This document shows positions 37,868 through 46,742 of a stretch of 64,000 bases of DNA, in pieces. This stretch comes from a virus. The notes beneath the pieces are model-generated. The model searched no databases. It was not told where the DNA came from and saw only the letters and a list, made by a program, of their open reading frames with translations. The position numbers were made by a program, and so were the translations under genes. The stretch covers positions 5,904-69,903 of IMG/VR virus record IMGVR_UViG_3300021963_004549; one strand, 5' to 3'. How positions within the stretch are numbered: the stretch's first letter is position 1; every line of letters begins with the position of its first letter.

Positions 37868-38024
37868 GGCTAATCAAATCAATTAGAACATGTACCTCTT
37901 TTGCTTTTAGTACACCTTCTACGTTATCATTAGTCCAGTAGTCTAAATATTTTGATCTTGGTATCGCATGCCATAAACCCTGGTAGTGGTTAAAATGGAA
38001 TAAGTAATCGTAAAGTGGATCCAT
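37836..38024 (-). CDS. hypothetical small early protein
   Basis: ORF. Confidence 0.3.
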   Translation of the reverse strand: MDPLYDYLFHFNHYQGLWHAIPRSKYLDYWTNDNVEGVLKAKEVHVLIDLISRGQEFIDTIN

Positions 38025-38026
38025 GG

Positions 38027-38215
38027 CTATTGTTTTTTTATCTTTTCAACTTCACTGTCTGCTAATTCAAATGCTGATATAAGTAGGTCTCTAAATTCAC
38101 TGCTGTCTTCAGATAGTAATACAGAAGCTAAGCCTGCTATTAATGCTGTGTTTTCTCCTTCAACATCAAGTGTCACCTTGCTGTCTGTAACGTGTATTAG
38201 TATTTTACCTTCCAT
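38027..38215 (-). CDS. hypothetical small early protein
   Basis: ORF. Confidence 0.3.
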   Translation of the reverse strand: MEGKILIHVTDSKVTLDVEGENTALIAGLASVLLSEDSSEFRDLLISAFELADSEVEKIKKQ

Positions 38216-38226
38216 TATTATTGGTT

Positions 38227-38517
38227 TTAAACTTCATAAATTGTGTGTGGGTGATAGTTAACGCAATACACTTTAACTACATCTATACTAGTCACTTCTT
38301 CATCATATCGTTTCATTGTATATGAATAAGAATAGTGTCCTTCGTAATCATCAGGGTATTTTGTCATAAATGGAACAAACCCTAAACATTGAGCTTGTCC
38401 CTTATCTACACCATAATACTCATCTAATCCTTCTCTGAGCTCTTCAAATGATGAAGCAGATAGTATAGGTTTATACTCATCCATGGCTATATAAGTGACT
38501 CTCACTCTTGTTCCCAT
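38227..38517 (-). CDS. hypothetical small early protein
   Basis: ORF. Confidence 0.35.
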   Translation of the reverse strand: MGTRVRVTYIAMDEYKPILSASSFEELREGLDEYYGVDKGQAQCLGFVPFMTKYPDDYEGHYSYSYTMKRYDEEVTSIDVVKVYCVNYHPHTIYEV

Positions 38518-38528
38518 AGGTTATTTGT

Positions 38529-38858
38529 TTAATGCTTTTTATCAGGATCTGTATCAAACGTTTTATACAATCCATCATCTTCATCAGCTTTCATAATGTC
38601 AATGATGTGTTGCTTTGTGTTATCTACTGATGTCCACTTTGATTTTTGTTTGAAAGTCTTGTCTTCCTCTTGAACATAGGTTTCTTGATAGTATTTCTCT
38701 GGATCAGAATTCCAATTCCAACCACTTGCAAAAGCTTTTACTATCTGTTCTTTTTCTTTTTCAAGAAATTGAATTTTATCTTTATCAAAATTTGTCAATT
38801 CGTTAATATAATAAGCTTTTTCTAAATACTCAATAAATTCTTGCATTGCTGTTTTCAT
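38529..38858 (-). CDS. hypothetical small early protein
   Basis: ORF. Confidence 0.35.
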   Translation of the reverse strand: MKTAMQEFIEYLEKAYYINELTNFDKDKIQFLEKEKEQIVKAFASGWNWNSDPEKYYQETYVQEEDKTFKQKSKWTSVDNTKQHIIDIMKADEDDGLYKTFDTDPDKKH

Positions 38859-38974
38859 AGGTTATTTGTTTTGGAATTATATTTCTAATTTGATTGAGTA
38901 ATTGTTTTTAAATAGCTTGTTTTTAACTAATTAGAATTATATTTCTAATTTTATATTGTTTCGGGTTTGTAAAG

Positions 38975-39244
38975 TTAAATAAATAAAGGTCTAATAAGTA
39001 TAACTCCTGCACTAAAACCAAGAGCAAAAGCAAGAGCTATCTTAAATCTTCCTGAAAATGTTTTTACCTCAATAGTAAAATGGTTCATAGGTAGAGTTAA
39101 GAAAGGATTGACAAATACCATCATTACCATACCTATCCATTGCTTGTCTATTAAATACCTAAAACTTGCTATCGAGTTGGCTTCTAATGCTATTGCAGAA
39201 AAGAATACAATCAGCAGTTTCCACCATGGTATCTTATCTTTCAT
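38975..39244 (-). CDS. small membrane protein
   Basis: hydrophobic segments WWKLLIVFFSAIALEA and IALAFALGFSAGVILI. Confidence 0.35.
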   Translation of the reverse strand: MKDKIPWWKLLIVFFSAIALEANSIASFRYLIDKQWIGMVMMVFVNPFLTLPMNHFTIEVKTFSGRFKIALAFALGFSAGVILIRPLFI

Positions 39245-39253
39245 ATATTGTAT

Positions 39254-39565
39254 TTATGCTTCAACAAGCTCTGTTTGTTTCAATAGCTCATCCATTGAGA
39301 ATGTTATATCAGAACAGTCTTTAATTAATTCAATTAGTTTCTTTAATGCTTCCTCTGTAAATGCAAATCTATTGGCTAAGAAGTATTCATATGGTAATTC
39401 TCTGTCTGTTAGCTCTATTTCAGCTAGCTGTACACCTAATTCCTTCTGTGGTAGCACTGTAACAGTGAATATCACTGTGTATGTGTTACCCTTCTTAACC
39501 CATTTGTTTGCTGGTATTTCTTTTGGTCTACCACCATCATTGATACATACGCATTCTACGCTCAT
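39254..39565 (-). CDS. hypothetical protein
   Basis: ORF. Confidence 0.35.
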   Translation of the reverse strand: MSVECVCINDGGRPKEIPANKWVKKGNTYTVIFTVTVLPQKELGVQLAEIELTDRELPYEYFLANRFAFTEEALKKLIELIKDCSDITFSMDELLKQTELVEA

Positions 39566-39632
39566 ATTAGTTTATTTAATGTTAAAAATAAGCCCCATGT
39601 ACAAAGATAGTACACAGGGCTCATTGTTTTAC

Positions 39633-39836
39633 TTACTGCCCAACATTTTTTTTGCGTACAACCTTACCCATAAATACAAATGTATTATTCTTGGGAACAA
39701 CTCTACGTTGTTTTGATGCAGCTATAATAGCATCAATAAGCTTTGTAGCATTCCAGTTTGTACTATTGGCATAATACACTGTAATGTGATTTCTTGGATG
39801 TAGTCTAGATGAATAGACTAATGTTGCTTGTGGCAT
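39633..39836 (-). CDS. hypothetical protein
   Basis: ORF. Confidence 0.3.
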   Translation of the reverse strand: MPQATLVYSSRLHPRNHITVYYANSTNWNATKLIDAIIAASKQRRVVPKNNTFVFMGKVVRKKNVGQ

Positions 39837-39855
39837 ATGTATTGGTTTTTGGTGA

Positions 39856-40239
39856 CTAGAAATAAAGTCTAACGTGATCTTGGAACACCTCTGTTTTCTT
39901 TGGTGTGAAATTTATTACAAATCCTTCCTTAATAGCCTTACTTGTATGAATCGGTGCAGGTTTTGTAATAGGCTGTTGAACAGTCTTTGTAATATTCTTT
40001 TCTAAAGGTCTTCTTTGTATACCTTTCTTAATTTCTAATAGCTTCTGATAAGAACAGTTCTTCGTTCTTCCTAATTGTCTAGATAACCAGGTAGCTGATC
40101 TATCTGTCTTTTTAAACTTAGCTAATGCTATCTTAGCTACATCAATTTCTTCTGTTGTCCAAAATTTAACTTGTCTTTTCATCTTTTTTTGTTTTTTATA
40201 ATGAGTAAATAAGTGACAATAAATAAAAAGAGCTCCCAA
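39856..40239 (-). CDS. hypothetical basic protein, possible DNA-binding regulator
   Basis: TEEIDVAKIALAKFKKTDRSATWLSRQLGRTKNCSYQKLLEIKKG helix-turn-helix-like. Confidence 0.3.
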   Translation of the reverse strand: MGALFIYCHLFTHYKKQKKMKRQVKFWTTEEIDVAKIALAKFKKTDRSATWLSRQLGRTKNCSYQKLLEIKKGIQRRPLEKNITKTVQQPITKPAPIHTSKAIKEGFVINFTPKKTEVFQDHVRLYF

Positions 40240-40473
40240 ACTTAATTGAGAGCTCTCTTATCCACCACATAACACTAACCAAGATGGACCGTTGAACGAT
40301 CCCAAAGCATTCCAACATTGTATTCCTCGCACCATTCCTCAAATTGTGGTCTGGTGTCTGGTTCTACTGTTTTAAATTTGATTTCAATCTTAGGTGGCTG
40401 TTCTTGGTTTGTAACCACCTGTGATAATAAGTTTAGTAATTCTTGCATGTTCGTGTGTGTTGGTTAATAAATA

Positions 40474-41013
40474 TTATTCTGTATTGTGGTCCTCAGCATC
40501 CCATACATCATCATCTCCATCATCTATATAATCATCGTCATCATCAATCCATTCATCACTGTCTATTGTATGTACATCTCTGAGAGTCACCTTGTTATCA
40601 TATAATAATGGAATTGGTGTACCATCTTCTTCATCCTCCTCATCATCTAATATCTCCATTTGCACCATTGAATTGTCCCATTCCAATATATTATTGATAT
40701 CTTTCACTGTTATATCCCTTAATTCATCCACATGATCTCCCTCATCCCACCAACCTATTTCCTCTGGATAGGCTGCAATCACCTCTGTATCATCAGGATT
40801 AATCATTGGATATACAAGATATGGCTTAACAGGATAGCCATTGTATGTGAGATATGTATCTATATCCCTTGGAACTATATCTAGTTCGCTTACATGGAGA
40901 TATTCTTGTTTCTCTCCGTATATAACTTCTGTTTTAACTCTTACGAACCACATGCCCTTCTCTAATTTCTCAGGTACATATGATTTAAGTACGAGCTTGC
41001 AATCTATAAACAT
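40474..41013 (-). CDS. highly acidic early protein (poly-Asp/Glu C-terminus)
   Basis: DDEEDEEDGTP and EWIDDDDDYIDDGDDDVWDAEDHNTE. Confidence 0.4.
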   Translation of the reverse strand: MFIDCKLVLKSYVPEKLEKGMWFVRVKTEVIYGEKQEYLHVSELDIVPRDIDTYLTYNGYPVKPYLVYPMINPDDTEVIAAYPEEIGWWDEGDHVDELRDITVKDINNILEWDNSMVQMEILDDEEDEEDGTPIPLLYDNKVTLRDVHTIDSDEWIDDDDDYIDDGDDDVWDAEDHNTE

Positions 41014-41191
41014 AATATAATAGTTTAATGTGAAAGAAAGCCTAGGTTTAATAGCCTAGACTTTCTAAATGTTTTATATCAGCTCTAATAAAGACTTGTT
41101 GTCCCTTAATAAGCTCAACTACATAATCAAATGTAGCAATCTTCTTGAATGTATCCCATTCTCTTGGTGTTAACTGGATGGTTTTCATATG

Positions 41192-41491
41192 TTATCTGAG
41201 GTTATTTCTGCGTGATGTCTCCCAAGATGTGTCACTAGGACATTTTATCTTGTTTGGACCACTGCAAGCGGTGAATGATACTAATACTAATACAAATATA
41301 AAGCCTTTCATGTCTTTCCAAAAATCTATTTGTTGTCTATAGTCCTTAATAATAAGAAACAATAGACATACAATAGCTGAAAGGATGAAAATAACACCTA
41401 ACATTACATGTGATGTTGATGGTGCTGTAAGTAATAAATAACTACCTGATGTTGAGGTAGTTATGCAGATTAATGCGAATAAAAATTTCAT
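41192..41491 (-). CDS. small membrane protein
   Basis: multiple TM-like hydrophobic segments. Confidence 0.35.
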   Translation of the reverse strand: MKFLFALICITTSTSGSYLLLTAPSTSHVMLGVIFILSAIVCLLFLIIKDYRQQIDFWKDMKGFIFVLVLVSFTACSGPNKIKCPSDTSWETSRRNNLR

Positions 41492-41520
41492 TTGATTGTG
41501 TTTAAATGGTTGATAATCAG

Positions 41521-41754
41521 TTATTTAGTCTTAAATAGTTTAAATGTATTATCTCTTTCATTGTCACTATGATGCACTGCATATGTACATAGCATAATAA
41601 TACAATAGAAGAAGTCTAATACAATGAATTGTGTGCTTGTAACAGCTCCATAATAAGTAAATGCAAAGCCTGAAACAAGCATAAAGAATAGGACAATTAC
41701 ATATGGTATTGTCCATAGAGCTAATAAATTAGCGATGTGTTTGATTAAGTTCAT
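41521..41754 (-). CDS. small membrane protein
   Basis: two TM-like segments. Confidence 0.35.
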   Translation of the reverse strand: MNLIKHIANLLALWTIPYVIVLFFMLVSGFAFTYYGAVTSTQFIVLDFFYCIIMLCTYAVHHSDNERDNTFKLFKTK

Positions 41755-41787
41755 AATCTTGGTTTTATGTGTGTGTTGTGGATATGG

Positions 41788-41976
41788 TTATCTATTGTCC
41801 TCTATAATAAGACTATCTAATGCAGGAACAGATGAACAGGCTAATGAGCCAACATATCTATCTCCATCAAAGATGTAAATAGAATCAGCATCAACTGTCA
41901 TCTGATATTCCCCATTAGAAGAGCTATTACAACCAACAATAGTGGCTATAAGAAGGAATAATATAATCTTTCTCAT
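41788..41976 (-). CDS. small lipoprotein
   Basis: signal peptide MRKIILFLLIATIVGCNSS with lipobox-like VGC. Confidence 0.4.
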   Translation of the reverse strand: MRKIILFLLIATIVGCNSSSNGEYQMTVDADSIYIFDGDRYVGSLACSSVPALDSLIIEDNR

Positions 41977-42226
41977 GTTAATTTTGTTTAATATGAATGT
42001 TAATAATGTAAGTCCAGAATAATATACCTATTGTAAAATAAATAACTCTCTTGGGATACATATGTTTATCAACAGTGTTATCTATGCCAATATTCATTGT
42101 TATTCCAATAGAGGTGTAGTTTGTAATTAAATATGCTCTCATATAATTGTTATTTAATATGTGAATGAAAAAACATATCCTTTACCTTTTGTCCGTAGAA
42201 GGCTAATCCAAAAGGATATGTGTGTT

Positions 42227-42817
42227 TTACATTACAACTGCATCTGATGTATCAATTCTCCTGAATAGATTGTGAATGTTCTTATCACTTTCAAGAGTTC
42301 CTACATATACGTATTTGTGCTCATCAGTGTTTAATGGAACAACAGCAGCAAATGCATCTTCCCAATACTCCTGACCATGTCTCAATGCAATAGAGTTTAA
42401 ACCACCATAACTGGTGATATGTCCATAAGCATCAGCACAAAATACCATTGTCTCTTGCATCATTAGATTTGTAGAGGCAACAACATACTCTGGATGAAGT
42501 TCTTGTTCATAATCACGTTCATCAGTGATAACACTAGTGTGTTCATCGTAATCATAACATTCATCCTCACCATGAGCATATTCCTCATCATCAGGATAGT
42601 CAATATCCTTTGGATCATCATCATGCTGTAATAGGAATGAAGCATTATAGTCTTTCCATTCCCAACAATCATTCTCCATATAAGGAGTTTTAATTGTATT
42701 AGAATAAAGACTAACAACAATGATGTCTTCACCATTGGTTAATTGTTCATTGAGATTAGGCCAATCTCCAAAATGTGTTGTTGTTTGGTTGGTTGTTCTG
42801 TTGATAATGTAGTACAT
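42227..42817 (-). CDS. acidic early protein
   Basis: HDDDPKDIDYPDDEEYAHGEDECYDYDEH. Confidence 0.4.
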   Translation of the reverse strand: MYYIINRTTNQTTTHFGDWPNLNEQLTNGEDIIVVSLYSNTIKTPYMENDCWEWKDYNASFLLQHDDDPKDIDYPDDEEYAHGEDECYDYDEHTSVITDERDYEQELHPEYVVASTNLMMQETMVFCADAYGHITSYGGLNSIALRHGQEYWEDAFAAVVPLNTDEHKYVYVGTLESDKNIHNLFRRIDTSDAVVM

Positions 42818-43386
42818 ATGTTTGTTTTTTAGTGTATGTGTGTGTAAAAAGCGAATATATAGCCTAATGTTGCCTCAGCATATATATTCTATTGTGTGTC
42901 ATGTGCAACAAATCCCTCTGTACTCAGATGTAATAGCTCTACACCTATTATGTAGCACCTTTATAGGAATAGATTGCAATCTATTAGCTTCACCTATTAC
43001 ATCTGTCAGCCCTTGGGAAGCTGAAATGGTACATTAAATAAATAATGGATACAATATATACTGTACATTAGTAATATACAATGAACCATCAAGTCCACAT
43101 ATATGAACTCTATTACCATTAATATACTCTATTGTACCAAATCTTTCGTCTGTATCATTTAAGAATACAACTTGTGTTCCTATTGTCATATAATTGTATG
43201 TTAATGCTATATGTATTGTATTATGTTTTACATGTAGCTGTTATCAAAAAAGGTGTATTTATCCGTGAGAGGTCACACAGCAACTAACACATTGACACAG
43301 AATATATTGAGAATCAATGAGTTACACGTGTGCTTTAAACAAATCCCACCCAAACATTCACGTTTCCCACCCTATATATAAAGGAA

Positions 43387-43404
43387 AGAGCCCCGAAGGG
43401 CTCT
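43387..43404 (-). terminator. rho-independent terminator (minus strand) after gene 43415..43822
   Basis: agagccc-cgaa-gggctct GC-rich hairpin immediately past the stop. Confidence 0.5.
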
Positions 43405-43414
43405 CTCACTTTAA

Positions 43415-43822
43415 TTAAAACACTACTAAATCATCGTAAGTCACTTTGGTTTTAGTAGCAGAAGAAACCTTCATTTCTTCTTCTTCACCACCTGCACCAC
43501 GAGGAGCACTAATGATGTTAGCACCGTCTTCTGTCTCAATCATTTCAAGCTTTAAGATTGCAGCAAGACAGTCACCTTTTGATGCACCACTTTTCAAGGC
43601 ATTAGAGATTGTTGCACTAACCTTCTTGCTCAAAGGTGCAGTGTCACTTTCTCCATTCTTGTTTGTTAGTAGCATGCTGATAGCCTTAATCTGATTAGCA
43701 CGATACCTGTCAAGTGAGCCAGGCGTAAATTTGATTTTTCCGTTAGGAATTTGTTCTGCAACAGTTCCAAGTTCTGTTAGGTTTGATTCTGTTGGTGTCC
43801 ATGTTTTGAAGTTCAGTGCCAT
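43415..43822 (-). CDS. hypothetical protein, first gene of the minus-strand block
   Basis: start set at MALNF (aaaATGGC context); the longer ORF-track start is unlikely. Confidence 0.45.
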   Translation of the reverse strand: MALNFKTWTPTESNLTELGTVAEQIPNGKIKFTPGSLDRYRANQIKAISMLLTNKNGESDTAPLSKKVSATISNALKSGASKGDCLAAILKLEMIETEDGANIISAPRGAGGEEEEMKVSSATKTKVTYDDLVVF

Positions 43823-43999
43823 TTTGTTTTGTTTTTTAGTTAATAATTGATTGGGGGCTACCCCAACTTGGCAATTTATGCGTGGGGTTGTTGTTGGAAG
43901 TACCCTCCCCTCCCCTACATACAATAGACCCCTAGGTTTAGAAAAATTTTTTTGTCTCAAGTAAATAGCGTATATTTGTATTAAATAAAATTGTAATAT

Positions 44000-44218
44000 A
44001 TGTATGGCATGATGTTACAGCTCAATCCAACTATTCCTGTTTGGTGTAAGGGGCATGGAGAAGGGGAAGCTCTGATAGTTATGGACTATGGGCTAAACGT
44101 AAACACTGTCTGGTTAGTTAGGCTACCTGGAGGAGTTGTTAAACATTTCTACTCTGATGATATTAGGGTGTATGACAATCCCATGAATGGTAAGGGGGAT
44201 GATGTGGAATTCATCTAG
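44000..44218 (+). CDS. hypothetical small protein in the divergent control region
   Basis: 72-aa ORF of balanced composition. Confidence 0.25.
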   Translation: MYGMMLQLNPTIPVWCKGHGEGEALIVMDYGLNVNTVWLVRLPGGVVKHFYSDDIRVYDNPMNGKGDDVEFI

Positions 44219-44897
44219 ACACTTCTGGGTTTGGCTGTGTTTCACTTCCTGATTTGGCAATTTATAACAAGTCTATGTTCTGCCAAAAGTCAAGTTATCC
44301 CTTTACTTATTTTACGTTTTGTAAAGGTATAGCTTTACATAATGTGTCTTATAAGGGACATGCTCAGCTTGACAATGTTGCTTTTATAACACATTATGAT
44401 ATGTTATGGCATATAGTGATGGATATTTCCAACAGATTATATGTTTTATAATATAGTGCTGTGTCAGAATTATAACATCCTGCCATAGAAGTTATCCACA
44501 ATTTGAAAATAAATTTGTTAATATGAAACCACACGTCTTACCTTTGGGGTGGAGGGTGGGTTAAAAACTAATAACATGATATATATAATAGTAACACTAC
44601 TGATTGTCACTTCCTTAGTACATGGTTTTTCCAGGTATAACGAAATAGATTTTGCATTAGAGATTAACCTGTTTAGAAGTCCTTATTTCCTTATAGGCCT
44701 ATCGTATACAGAATTCACATTAGATGATGGTAATGTAGAGAGAGAATTACGTATAGGTTTCTTTTTTGTAAACATTAGTGTTCTATTCTGGATAGATAAC
44801 CAAGGAAATGATGCATAATATAGCATTAGGTGTTATAAATAACTATTTAAGTTATTTGTAGATGATTGTAAATCAATTACCTTTGCCCTAATTAAAT

Positions 44898-45260
44898 ATG
44901 GAACAACCAACAACCAAGAAGACAATAGTTCAAAAGCTTAGAAAGCCTGTAGAGGATCAGTTCTCTACAGCTGAAAAATACTATTCCCTATTGTCAGCAT
45001 TGAATGGGTTGAAGCTTACGCAGAGGGAGATACAGCTCGTGGCATTTACAGCTATAAGGGGGAACATTAGTTATGCTAACATTCGCCAAGAGTTCTGTGA
45101 GAAATACGACAGTACAGCTCCTACAATAAATAACATCATCAGTAAGCTTAAGAAGCTAGGTGTGTTTGTGAAGGATGGGACAAAGGTGAAGGTGAACCCT
45201 CTCATCATCCTAAACTTCGAGAACGATATAGTGTTACAAATAACCCTTAGCCATGGATAA
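44898..45260 (+). CDS. hypothetical protein, first gene of the late operon
   Basis: ORF. Confidence 0.4.
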   Translation: MEQPTTKKTIVQKLRKPVEDQFSTAEKYYSLLSALNGLKLTQREIQLVAFTAIRGNISYANIRQEFCEKYDSTAPTINNIISKLKKLGVFVKDGTKVKVNPLIILNFENDIVLQITLSHG

Positions 45261-45603
45261 GCCAATAAGCATGTCCGTCAAGGACTATTTAATTAGGACA
45301 CTAGCTGTTAAGATGCTCACAAGTGAGAAGACAATTGAGGCTGTTGTCAACCATCAGTTCCAATCCGCTAACGAGGCCCTTGAAACCAACCACAGTGTAG
45401 AGATATCTGGGTTTGGTAAGTTCCTCTTTAACAACAAAAAGGCCATTAAGAAGCTAGAAGCCCTACACGCTAAGGTGATAGCAATGGAAAGAATACTGGC
45501 TGATGACACAATTACAGAGCAGAGAAGAAATGCTGCTACAGTGACATTAGCCAACACACACATAGCAATCAATCAACTAAAACCAAAGCTCAGATATGAT
45601 TGA
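45253..45603 (+). CDS. HU/IHF-like DNA-binding protein
   Basis: DYLIRTLAVKMLTSEKTIEAVV..SVEISGFGKFLFNNKKA matches the HU fold V.L.GFG.F.V..R.A. Confidence 0.5.
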   Translation: MDKPISMSVKDYLIRTLAVKMLTSEKTIEAVVNHQFQSANEALETNHSVEISGFGKFLFNNKKAIKKLEALHAKVIAMERILADDTITEQRRNAATVTLANTHIAINQLKPKLRYD

Positions 45604-45889
45604 TTTATCCAAGGTTTATGAAGGATGGAGAAACAAGCTGTTTCCTCCAGCTGAAATGAAGGCCCTAATCACTAAGGTTAGTGAGGAAAGAATGGCCATC
45701 TGTAATGACTGTGAGAACATATCTACAAAACATAAGTCTATTAGACCAGATGTATTTTGTATAGATTGTGGATGTACACTATCAGCCAAAACAAAATGTC
45801 TGTCATGTGCTTGCCCTATTGGTAAGTGGAAAGAGATGATGACAGATGACGAATATGATGAAATAAAACAAGCTATCGATGGAGAATAA
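45596..45889 (+). CDS. Cys-rich zinc-binding protein
   Basis: ICNDCEN..FCIDCGC..CLSCACP. Confidence 0.4.
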   Translation: MIDLSKVYEGWRNKLFPPAEMKALITKVSEERMAICNDCENISTKHKSIRPDVFCIDCGCTLSAKTKCLSCACPIGKWKEMMTDDEYDEIKQAIDGE

Positions 45890-46127
45890 CCATGATGTCA
45901 TACTAAGAAAGATTCCTTTATCAGTTTTACTGGACCACCTGACAGAAATATACAATTCTGGTGTGGATTACATTGACATCCTTGGTGTTAATGGTGTAGA
46001 ACAGGATAAAATAGGTATTGCATTCAACTCATCATACATGTCTCCTGAGGAAGACACAAATTTAAACCCAGACGAATCACAAATAAATATAAAATTGTCC
46101 GATGAGGACCTAAACCAATTATTATAA
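45879..46127 (+). CDS. hypothetical acidic protein
   Basis: ORF. Confidence 0.35.
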   Translation: MENNHDVILRKIPLSVLLDHLTEIYNSGVDYIDILGVNGVEQDKIGIAFNSSYMSPEEDTNLNPDESQINIKLSDEDLNQLL

Positions 46128-46132
46128 ATACA

Positions 46133-46423
46133 GTGAGTAAGAAGAATTATTATAATAGTATAATTCATACGCTTCAAGAACTACATAAGGAATTCCCAGA
46201 GTATAACATGGGAAGACACATCGCTACAGCTCTTGATGAATATGGAGATATATGGGGAATGACAGATAAGGAGCTAGCTTTTGTAATGGATAAGTATAAA
46301 ACAAAGCTTGAAATGGATGTCCCTCATACAGACGAATCTGAGATTGATAAGATTATCAAGGAAGGAATGGATCTGGACAATATTTTAAAAGAAGAAGACG
46401 AAGATTATGGCGACAACTATTAA
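46133..46423 (+). CDS. hypothetical protein
   Basis: ORF. Confidence 0.35.
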   Translation: MSKKNYYNSIIHTLQELHKEFPEYNMGRHIATALDEYGDIWGMTDKELAFVMDKYKTKLEMDVPHTDESEIDKIIKEGMDLDNILKEEDEDYGDNY

Positions 46424-46742
46424 GAAAACTACATTTATAAATACAGAGCTTGAATGGGCTGAGTCACAACTTACGTCTTGGAAAGCTTATGTGGATGCAA
46501 ACCCACTACATGAACTAAAAGACAGGATTGAGTGGAAGCCTACAGCTAAGGGTGGAATGTTACCAATGGTAATTGCAAGCATTGAGGCACAAGGTAAGTT
46601 TGTACAAGAGACAATGAAGAACTATCTAGCTCTTATTGAGGTGGTAGACAAGCTAAGAAGTGTTGAAGAGGCTAAGGTGGAAGTGAGAGGTAAAGGGGAA
46701 TTATCTGGTGCTGCAGAAGAGTTCCTTAAGAACAGAAGATAA
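46407..46742 (+). CDS. hypothetical protein, possible terminase small subunit by position
   Basis: immediately upstream of the large terminase; no motif support. Confidence 0.3.
   Translation: MATTIKKTTFINTELEWAESQLTSWKAYVDANPLHELKDRIEWKPTAKGGMLPMVIASIEAQGKFVQETMKNYLALIEVVDKLRSVEEAKVEVRGKGELSGAAEEFLKNRR

Noticed and set aside
39108-39716. 202-aa plus-strand ORF
   Set aside because: It is antisense to a run of well-formed minus-strand genes and has a low-complexity Ser/Ile-rich translation. It is probably spurious.
42820-44897. Search for tRNA genes, integrase or attP in the long non-coding stretches
   Set aside because: No T-loop-like GTTCGAATC motifs or cloverleaf-compatible segments were seen, and there is no recombinase ORF. 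A definite answer would need tRNAscan.
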